Shown: piece by piece, positions 1-5,395 of the stretch
How positions within the stretch are numbered: the first letter of the stretch is position 1
How the letters are laid out: each line of letters starts with the position of its first letter
From: a virus
Virus genome (UHGV): UHGV-0048736
Length of the DNA stretch: 10,511 nt
Direction: 5' to 3' (one strand)
Program-made: the position numbers and the translations under genes
Notes under the pieces: generated by a model
The model's input: the letters and a program-made list of their open reading frames with translations, nothing else
Databases searched by the model: none
What the model was told of the DNA's origin: nothing

Positions 1-175
1 TGTCAGTTATCATCTTCGGTTACGGTTATCGGCAGAACGCCCTGCCGCTGACAAGAGCTTATTTGCCTGACCAATTTACTCCACATGATAGATAACTATC
101 ATTTATATCATTTAGTTAATTAGTCTTTATTTTTCATTATGTTGCAAATAACAAGCCTGTCAAAAACAGTGATAT

Positions 176-198
176 TAACTACACCATTAACTACACCG
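176..198. repeat. Left copy of boundary direct repeat (putative att core)
   Basis: TTAACTACACCATTAACTACACCG here versus TTAACTACACCATTGACTACACCG at 10486-10509 (23/24). Each copy is internally a tandem (A/G)ACTACACC duplication. Confidence 0.6.
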
Positions 199-203
199 CT
201 TCA

Positions 204-230
204 CGAACAATATCGAACAACCGCGAACAA
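204..230. repeat. Three CGAACAA direct repeats with exact 10-bp phasing, next to the left att repeat (possible recombinase or accessory-protein binding sites)
   Basis: CGAACAA at 204-210, 214-220 and 224-230, one helical turn apart, starting 6 bp after the att repeat. Confidence 0.5.
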
Positions 231-517
231 AGATCAACACGCTTTAATCATTATCATTTTCCGGCTATCCGTCATGAAGCTAGTGGATGATCTGCGTGGT
301 GATTTCCACCATTCAGAGCAGGGGCGGTCATCATGCCCATGCCATAACAAAAACCCCATATTCGTGGTTTTTCTGTGTTGTGGCTATTCTGCCGTTGCCG
401 TGCTGGTGGATATTTCCGTTATGGGGATCACCATATCGGCATCATGCCCACCAGCCAGCGCAATTTTGCGCTTTTCTTTAAGTTCAGCAAGTTACCGCGC
501 CGGATTACGCCAATGGC

Positions 518-700
518 TGTTTCCGAAAGAATCAACGGGTTAGGCCTTAATGGGCTGCGTGGTAATTATCAGCATCCAGAATATGACGGGTTATGTTTCC
601 GACCTCCTCAATTTGAGGTTCCCGAAAATATCAACGGGTTAGGCTGGTTTCCCCGATGTTCGCCGCTGGCGAATTTCGAAAATATCAACCAGTTACCGCC
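518..700. repeat. Degenerate direct repeats of about 25 bp, three copies (TTCCGAAA-ATCAACGGGTTAGGC family)
   Basis: tgtttccgaaagaatcaacgggttaggc (518-545), gttcccgaaaatatcaacgggttaggc (618-644), tttcgaaaatatcaaccagttaccgc (674-699); a related CAAGTTACCGCGCC at 487-500. No supported ORF on either strand across 200-690. Confidence 0.5.
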
Positions 701-974
701 GCAACCGCTCCGGCTTCTTCCAGTGGTACGTAATTTTCTCCGTTTCCCGATACAGTGCCACGCGGCGATTGTAGGCCAGCATTTCAAGAACGCGGATCCG
801 TATGTTGCGCATATCCACATCATTAAGCTGGATACCATCACGGCGCATCACCTCAGCAACAACACGCGCATAATTTTCGGCTGTCACGCTGTCCGGCTGC
901 GTGGCCTGTTCGTCAGTCTGCTGGCTGATTCCACCAGCACGGCGGATTAATCCCAGTATTTCGGCTTCTGTCAT
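693..974 (-). CDS. Hypothetical protein, 93 aa
   Basis: ORF with ATG start and GGGTG-like Shine-Dalgarno upstream; no motif I can recognise. Lies just beyond the left cos copy. Confidence 0.5.
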   Translation of the reverse strand: MTEAEILGLIRRAGGISQQTDEQATQPDSVTAENYARVVAEVMRRDGIQLNDVDMRNIRIRVLEMLAYNRRVALYRETEKITYHWKKPERLRR

Positions 975-1008
975 TGTGCACCCATCGTTCTGATTGTCTG
1001 GTGTCGTC

Positions 1009-1225
1009 GGGTCCTTCCTGGAATTATGGACCCGTTACGGGGCGGCGACCTCGCGGTTTTTATCTGTTTATGAAAATTTTTCTGGAAAAAGCATGTCGGT
1101 ACTTCTCGAACATAACTATTTGTTTTTAAATAGATACACAATAAAAAGAAACGACACGGTAATCATCTAAAATGGCGATTTATGACGCTTTCATGTCGTT
1201 TCTCAGTTTTGTTCAATAATTGCGC
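1009..1225 (+). other. Lambda-type cos site, left copy, plus orientation: upstream hairpin, cosN and a cosB-like region with R-site-like motifs
   Basis: Exact lambda cohesive-end 12-mer GGGCGGCGACCT at 1040-1051 followed by CGCGGTTTTT...TTTATGAAAATTTTTCTGG, closely resembling the lambda left end as I recall it. R-site-like motifs: CATGTCGGTACTTCTC (about 1083-1098), GAAACGACACGG (1149-1160) and inverted CATGTCGTTTC (1191-1201). GGGTCC...GGACCC hairpin at 1009-1033. Confidence 0.75.
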
Positions 1226-1230
1226 GTCTG

Positions 1231-1773
1231 TTACTCGCCTTTCTTCTGTAGCAACTTTTCCGGTACGTTTCCGGTTGTTTCTTTCAAGTAATCAGCCAGT
1301 ATCTGTGGGAGGTTGTCGGCAACTCTGGCACTGGCATTACAGGCTTTAACCACTTCCCTTTTAAGCCTATCCAGCATGGCGGGGGTAATCTGTGGGAAGC
1401 TCCTTTGCATAGTAAGCGGGAGGCTGTCCATGATTGATGAAATCTGACTCGCCAGCTTTGAAAGCGCGTACAGGCAAAACTCAGTATCAATCACGTCACC
1501 GCGATCGCGCTCGTTTTTAAGTTCCTGCGCCTCCGCCTGTGCTGTCAGTAATCTGATCCTGACTCGTAAGAGTTCATCATCATCAATATCGCCTTTGTCG
1601 TTTGTAAGCTGGCTAATTGCATTGTTAACCCTATTGTCTATCACGCTGGCAACATCGTAAAACGCCTCACGGCCTTTACGTTCAACGGGAGTCACTCCCC
1701 ACTTGTCGAACGCTGTCGCACTTACACGGCAGCTTTTCGCCATGTTTTTTTTGTTCATCAGGTGCGATTTCAT
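1231..1773 (-). CDS. Terminase small subunit, lambda Nu1-like
   Basis: 180 aa (lambda Nu1 is 181 aa). LLTAQAEAQELKNERDRGDVIDTEFCLYALSKLASQISSIMDSLPLTMQRSFP matches the recalled Nu1 segment LTRAQADAQELKNARDSAEVVETAFCTFVLSRIAGEIASILDGLPLSVQRRFP. N-terminal region (KK..A......W...G.P...GKG.E..YD.A.VI) is consistent with the Nu1 DNA-binding domain. True start may be one of the in-frame ATGs at 1758 or 1743; no clear Shine-Dalgarno at any of them. Confidence 0.85.
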   Translation of the reverse strand: MKSHLMNKKNMAKSCRVSATAFDKWGVTPVERKGREAFYDVASVIDNRVNNAISQLTNDKGDIDDDELLRVRIRLLTAQAEAQELKNERDRGDVIDTEFCLYALSKLASQISSIMDSLPLTMQRSFPQITPAMLDRLKREVVKACNASARVADNLPQILADYLKETTGNVPEKLLQKKGE

Positions 1774-1775
1774 TA

Positions 1776-1811
1776 ATACACCAACTTAATTACTGCTTCA
1801 GGTTGGTGTAT
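1776..1811. promoter_or_regulatory. Perfect 10-bp inverted repeat ATACACCAAC-N16-GTTGGTGTAT abutting the Nu1-like start codon
   Basis: Arms at 1776-1785 and 1802-1811 are exact reverse complements; located 3 to 38 nt upstream of the start at 1773, between the right cosN copy and the gene. Confidence 0.5.
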
Positions 1812-1866
1812 TGTTTGCATCTTTCCCTTTTCATTCATAAAGATAGAGCAAACAACAAAACCACCA

Positions 1867-1875
1867 CCCCCCCCC
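1867..1875. repeat. Homopolymeric C9 tract (G9 on the coding strand) in the Nu1-like upstream region
   Basis: ccaccaccccccccctg read directly; lies between the right cosN copy and the Nu1-like start. Confidence 0.6.
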
Positions 1876-1896
1876 TGAAAAGGCTCATAAATAGCG

Positions 1897-1948
1897 AAAA
1901 ACCGCGAGGTCGCCGCCCCGTAACGGGTCCATATGCCGGAAAGGACCC
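1897..1948 (-). other. Second cosN copy, inverted orientation, collinear with the Nu1-like gene
   Basis: Positions 1897-1933 are the exact reverse complement of 1025-1061 (37/37). cosN GGGCGGCGACCT is on the minus strand at 1907-1918, followed on the minus strand by CGCTATTTATGA as in lambda and then divergent sequence. GGGTCC...GGACCC hairpin conserved at 1926-1948 with a different loop. Confidence 0.75.
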
Positions 1949-1950
1949 AT

Positions 1951-1974
1951 AAAAAAAAGCCGGATTTCTCCGGC
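1951..1974 (-). terminator. Rho-independent terminator after the 137-aa gene
   Basis: GCCGGA-tttc-TCCGGC hairpin (1959-1974) preceded on the plus strand by A8 (1951-1958), giving hairpin plus U-run on the minus transcript; 7 nt past the stop at 1981. Confidence 0.7.
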
Positions 1975-1980
1975 CTTGTC

Positions 1981-2394
1981 TCAGATGGTTTTCAGTATGC
2001 GATCGATGTCGCCGTCATCGCCCTGGTTTCTGCCATCGTATGCCATGCCAGCTGATACGGCTTGCGGGCTGTGCATGTCCATAAAGTTTTCAAAGGCTGC
2101 GGTAAGTTCCGGCGCAACCTTCGGACGTTCCTGCTCTATGGTCATGCTAAGGATGCTTTTAGCCGTACCAACATCGATACAAGGCACGTTTGCCATTGCA
2201 CGTAACAGCGGCTGATAGTCGCCAGATTCATCAAGCGCCATAATCGCATCAGCGCGCGGCTTGTCCTGCTCTTCCAGTTTGTTAAGTTGATATATGGCCT
2301 CGTAGGTTGATAACCCTCTGTCAGCCATTGCCCGCGCTTCGGCTTTAAATTTACTCGCCAGCGGTAGCGTCATGATGCTTTCATTCGTTGCCAT
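1981..2394 (-). CDS. Hypothetical head-module protein, 137 aa
   Basis: ORF with strong Shine-Dalgarno (AGGGGGAACG before ATG), 12 nt after the D-like gene; acidic C-terminal region. Function not assignable from sequence. Confidence 0.6.
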   Translation of the reverse strand: MATNESIMTLPLASKFKAEARAMADRGLSTYEAIYQLNKLEEQDKPRADAIMALDESGDYQPLLRAMANVPCIDVGTAKSILSMTIEQERPKVAPELTAAFENFMDMHSPQAVSAGMAYDGRNQGDDGDIDRILKTI

Positions 2395-2406
2395 CGTTCC
2401 CCCTGC

Positions 2407-2742
2407 TTATCGGGCCAGCGGCTGAACGGATACGCCAGAACCCGCAAAGGCGGCGCATTTTTTCGCATCGGTGTCGACGCTCTCAGGCCAGTTAACGGCG
2501 GCAATATTGAATATCCCCGTCTTGTAACACTGTGCTGATTTCTGCTTTGACGTGTCCACAGGATACGAAGTCAGATAAACAGCCTTGCCAGATTCCTGAC
2601 CATCCCACGGCTTAAACTCGCCATTGTCCGCCAGCATCAGCGGGGTAAATTCCTGAATAACGCCAGCATCAGCGGCAAAATGTACCAGCGTCGTGGCGAC
2701 CTGCTGACTGCCTGCAAATAACTCAATGTATGGAGTGTCCAT
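2407..2742 (-). CDS. Head decoration protein, lambda gpD-like
   Basis: 111 aa (gpD is 110 aa). TPLMLADNGEFKPWDG versus recalled gpD TPLMLDTSSRKLVAWDG; CYKTGIF..NWPE...AKKCAAFAG versus FYKSGTF..LWPE...TKKRTAFAG. GGGGG Shine-Dalgarno. Confidence 0.85.
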   Translation of the reverse strand: MDTPYIELFAGSQQVATTLVHFAADAGVIQEFTPLMLADNGEFKPWDGQESGKAVYLTSYPVDTSKQKSAQCYKTGIFNIAAVNWPESVDTDAKKCAAFAGSGVSVQPLAR

Positions 2743-2753
2743 AGAATCCCCCG

Positions 2754-3809
2754 TTAAGCAATTTTGACGGTAACAAATTTGCGAATATCTGCCGGAACCG
2801 GCTGCGGTGCGCTGTGCGTCTGCACGTACTCAATCGCCGGATCGCCGTCCTCAATCCAGTTTTTCGGGTAAAACATGTTTTGCGTTGCGCCCGTTCTTAC
2901 TGCGTCCTGATCCATAATCGCACCATAGGCCACCAGCCCTTTATTGTTGGTGTTGCCCAGGACAAGCAAATCAGGCTCAAGGAAATATTTTTCTGTGCCG
3001 TCGCTGTCGGCGTATTTGCCGGAATAGACGATAAGGGCAATATCGCCCAGATAGCCTTTAAAGCTCACCACTTCGCCCAGGTTTTTACAGGCCAGCTCTA
3101 CGGCGGACTCTGAACCACGGGAAAGATCGTACAGCTCACGGAATTTTTTAAAGCTGCGTAACGTGCGCCATACCTCAGCGCCCATAATCATGACGTTTGC
3201 GGGGCAACCAGCCTGATCAGCATAAAGCTCGATGTCATAGATTGGATCGTGTGTTTCCTTATCTGCCTCTGACCACTTTTTACCCGGTCCCTGTCTGGCG
3301 ATGTTTTTACTTGGGATCTTCCAGTCTATTTCATAGCGTTCTATGCCTTCGCCCTCAATGATGTTTTTTCCGGTCGTTATCGCATTCACCGCCAGCCATT
3401 CCACGCGCGCTTTAATGGCGTTTATCTGGCGGCGCATGTTGCCAGTAATCAGGCGCATACGGCGGTAGGTAGGGTCGTTAAGCTGTGCTGGATCTTCTCC
3501 AGCCATGCGCATGATGGTTTTTGTTGGATCGATTTCGTGCTTTGGCTTCATGTAGCCAGGTTTGATTGTGCTGGTTTCGTACCCTTTATCGCGCTGAACC
3601 TGGCTACCCACCATAGGCGAACAAAACGCCGACATGGTGACTTCTTCAATGTCCAGGGTATCCAGCATGATGTTTTGCGTGTTGAATGTCGCCACGTTCG
3701 GGAAAAACAGCGTAGTAAACAGAGGGCTGAATTTAAAATCCGCAATATCCCCGCGATTCAGGTACATGAAAAGCTGGTTAGTGTTAAGTGCCGTTGCTTT
3801 GCCTGCCAT
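2754..3809 (-). CDS. Major capsid protein, lambda gpE-like
   Basis: 351 aa (gpE is 341 aa). FKFSPLFTTLFFP versus gpE FKFDPLFLRLFF; KPGYMKPKHEI versus TPGYVKPKHEV; DPTYRRMRLI versus DPAYRRRRII; YPKNWIEDGDPA versus YPKNWVTTGDPA; C-terminal FVTVKIA versus FVSVQLA. GGGGGTG Shine-Dalgarno. Confidence 0.9.
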   Translation of the reverse strand: MAGKATALNTNQLFMYLNRGDIADFKFSPLFTTLFFPNVATFNTQNIMLDTLDIEEVTMSAFCSPMVGSQVQRDKGYETSTIKPGYMKPKHEIDPTKTIMRMAGEDPAQLNDPTYRRMRLITGNMRRQINAIKARVEWLAVNAITTGKNIIEGEGIERYEIDWKIPSKNIARQGPGKKWSEADKETHDPIYDIELYADQAGCPANVMIMGAEVWRTLRSFKKFRELYDLSRGSESAVELACKNLGEVVSFKGYLGDIALIVYSGKYADSDGTEKYFLEPDLLVLGNTNNKGLVAYGAIMDQDAVRTGATQNMFYPKNWIEDGDPAIEYVQTHSAPQPVPADIRKFVTVKIA

Positions 3810-4015
3810 TATTCACCCCCATAATTTTTATGCATCCCAAGCGCCGCAAGTAAATAAGAGCGTACAAGTGAACCTATCGACGGCTCCGGCGTCATCAGCG
3901 GATCCAGTCCAGCCGCTACGCCAGCCTCATAGTTTTTTTTGTGGCGCTGCTTGAGCACCTCCACGATTTCGGGGCTTATGTACACCGAAACACCACCTTT
4001 TTTCTCTTCAGCCAT
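3809..4015 (-). CDS. Hypothetical small protein, 68 aa, translationally coupled to the capsid gene
   Basis: Its TAA stop overlaps the gpE-like ATG by one nucleotide (TAATG); first gene of the head operon. Confidence 0.55.
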   Translation of the reverse strand: MAEEKKGGVSVYISPEIVEVLKQRHKKNYEAGVAAGLDPLMTPEPSIGSLVRSYLLAALGMHKNYGGE

Positions 4016-4050
4016 AGTAAGAAATTCCTCTTCGACTTAAAAAATCATAA

Positions 4051-4139
4051 CTGGATGTTCATCCAGCTCTGATTATAATCAGGATTGCATTTTGTGCAAT
4101 GATATTGAGTTGTGTTGCAAATTATGAAATGATGATCCC
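4051..4139 (-). promoter_or_regulatory. Putative promoter/operator region of the head operon, with clustered palindromes
   Basis: CTGGATG-tt-CATCCAG (4051-4066); perfect 14-bp palindrome CTGATTATAATCAG (4069-4082) containing TATAAT; ATTGCA-N5-TGCAAT (4084-4100); ATGATC-cc-GATCAT (about 4126-4139). All lie 35-125 bp upstream of the operon's first start codon. Confidence 0.4.
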
Positions 4140-4179
4140 GATCATGTGTGTCAGTGCACCAAAAAGCCTCATATGCAAA

Positions 4180-4217
4180 AGCCCGATAAGCCACCTCTGA
4201 CCTTATCGGGCTTTTTT
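4180..4217 (+). terminator. Hairpin plus T-run, plus-strand (possibly bidirectional) terminator
   Basis: AGCCCGATAAG (4180-4190) pairs with CTTATCGGGCT (4202-4212) around an 11-nt loop, followed by T6 and preceded by A4. No plus-strand ORF upstream. Confidence 0.5.
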
Positions 4218-4392
4218 ATCTGCCTGCAAAGATGTCGAACAAAAATTAACCACAACCATCATCTTTTTTGCATCAAAACAATTAAAAACAATAAATTACG
4301 CTCATGATGATGATGACGATAAAATCACAAAAATGCGCTTTTTTCCGCGCCTCCCGCCCCGTGTTCAGGCCCACCCCGCCAGGAGGACCCGT

Positions 4393-4415
4393 AAAAAAGC
4401 CGGATTGCTCCGGCT
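4393..4415 (-). terminator. Rho-independent terminator after ssb
   Basis: AGCCGGA-ttgc-TCCGGCT hairpin preceded on the plus strand by A6 (4393-4398); 16 nt past the ssb stop. Near-identical to the 1951-1974 terminator. Confidence 0.7.
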
Positions 4416-4430
4416 TCTGTCACTCGTCGC

Positions 4431-4853
4431 TTAAAACGGTATGTTATCCCCGTACGGATCATCATTCCCCGCCTGTTGTTTTGCCCTGTTCAGCGCGTCA
4501 GTAGCCTGGCCCTGTTGACCTTTTTTGCCGCCCAGTCGCGCCGTTCGCGCACTGATTACACTGTCTGCGATAACCTGCCAGCCCTGCCGCGTTTCTCCGT
4601 TCTGCCCAGTCCACTGGCTGATCTGCATGTTACCCGCCACGCTCAGGAGTTCACCCTTGCGGTGCCTTTCCAGTGCTTCGGCCTGTCTGCCAAATGCCAG
4701 GACGGATAACCACATCGTCGCCGTTCCGTCATCTGCCTGGCTGCACGGAAGGGGGACCGCCATACGCGCCAGCGTCATCGGTGTGCCCTTGCTGGTCTGT
4801 TTTACCTGCGGGTCGTCCACCAGCCGCCCGTAAGCGGCTATCTGTGCTGTCAT
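4431..4853 (-). CDS. ssb: Single-stranded DNA-binding protein
   Basis: 140 aa. OB-fold pattern alignable to E. coli SSB (TMWLSVLAFGRQAEALERHRKGELLSVAGNMQISQWTGQNGETR versus [44 protein letters not shown]); Gly/Gln-rich linker; C-terminal tail DDPYGDNIPF like SSB DFDDDIPF. ATGA start/stop overlap with the upstream 85-aa ORF. Confidence 0.8.
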   Translation of the reverse strand: MTAQIAAYGRLVDDPQVKQTSKGTPMTLARMAVPLPCSQADDGTATMWLSVLAFGRQAEALERHRKGELLSVAGNMQISQWTGQNGETRQGWQVIADSVISARTARLGGKKGQQGQATDALNRAKQQAGNDDPYGDNIPF

Positions 4854-5107
4854 GATTCCACCTCTCCGGTTTTAACGTTGATGGTTGTTACCTGTTCCGC
4901 TTCGGCAATCTCCCATTCTGTCAGCGTGGCAAAGTTTGCCGCCGCTGTGGTCATGAATGCGCTTATCAGGTCGGGATGTGCTTTCGCGTATCCTTCCCCC
5001 GTGTTGCGGTCGATGATTTTTATCGCCACTCTCAGCCAGTGCTCTGTAAGGTCAATGGCGCGGTTATGCTGCTTCTTCTGATTATTAAGTTTTCCTGATG
5101 TGCGCAT
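4850..5107 (-). CDS. Hypothetical protein, 85 aa
   Basis: ORF with GAGGGGG Shine-Dalgarno, coupled to ssb by ATGA overlap, immediately downstream of the iteron region. Confidence 0.55.
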   Translation of the reverse strand: MRTSGKLNNQKKQHNRAIDLTEHWLRVAIKIIDRNTGEGYAKAHPDLISAFMTTAAANFATLTEWEIAEAEQVTTINVKTGEVES

Positions 5108-5154
5108 TTTTATTTTTACCCCCTCGTTTAAAAAGTTTTGAGTTGTGCCTCCCC

Positions 5155-5383
5155 TTGTCTACCTTATCAACCTTACTGGCCACCATGCCAGTAATGGCGC
5201 GGCTTTCAGTGGGGTAGAGTGCTTTTATCCACTATCTACCCCGTATCTACCTCCCTGTCTGATTCAGGTAAAATCAGGTAGAGAGGGTAGATAGTAGGTA
5301 GACAGTAAAAAAAGGCTGTCTACCCAAGTTAATGTACTGAATTAAATGTATTTTTCTTTACTCTGGTAGACAGGGTAGACAGC
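5155..5383. repeat. Iteron array with AT-rich spacer: putative replication origin
   Basis: About ten copies of GGTAGA(C/T/G)AG in both orientations (5155-5164, 5213-5221, 5232-5240, 5243-5251, 5277-5285, 5286-5294, 5297-5305, 5316-5325, 5365-5373, 5374-5382). AT-rich stretch at 5326-5360. Directly downstream of the primase/helicase gene. Confidence 0.65.
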
Positions 5384-5395
5384 CATTGCAACAAA

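Noticed and set aside
1-200. tRNA or tmRNA gene at the integration site
   Set aside because: No acceptor-stem or T-loop (GGTTCGAATCC-like) features near either boundary repeat; the repeat does not look like a tRNA 3' end.
139-543. 134-aa plus-strand ORF spanning the left boundary repeat
   Set aside because: Low-complexity translation, crosses the putative att core and the phased CGAACAA repeats; more likely non-coding recombination-site DNA.
375-950. 191-aa plus-strand ORF
   Set aside because: Its sequence is generated by the non-coding direct repeats (ERINGLG / ENINGLG / ENINQL), it overlaps the minus-strand 93-aa gene, and it has no ribosome-binding site.
1025-1933. Insertion sequence or MITE bounded by 37-bp terminal inverted repeats
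   Set aside because: The repeats contain the lambda cosN 12-mer and the enclosed gene is a terminase small subunit, not a transposase; no target-site duplication is evident. An invertible-segment interpretation is kept as a hypothesis in the findings.
2814-3954. Plus-strand ORFs (99, 95 and 106 aa) antisense to the capsid gene
   Set aside because: Antisense to the gpE-like gene, which has strong homology support; no start signals.
4304-4504. 66-aa plus-strand ORF beginning MMMM
   Set aside because: Lies across a terminator hairpin and the 3' end of ssb, with a Pro/Arg-rich low-complexity translation; likely non-coding.
5155-5383. CRISPR array
   Set aside because: The repeats are 9 bp, irregularly spaced and in both orientations with no spacers of uniform length; this is an iteron pattern.
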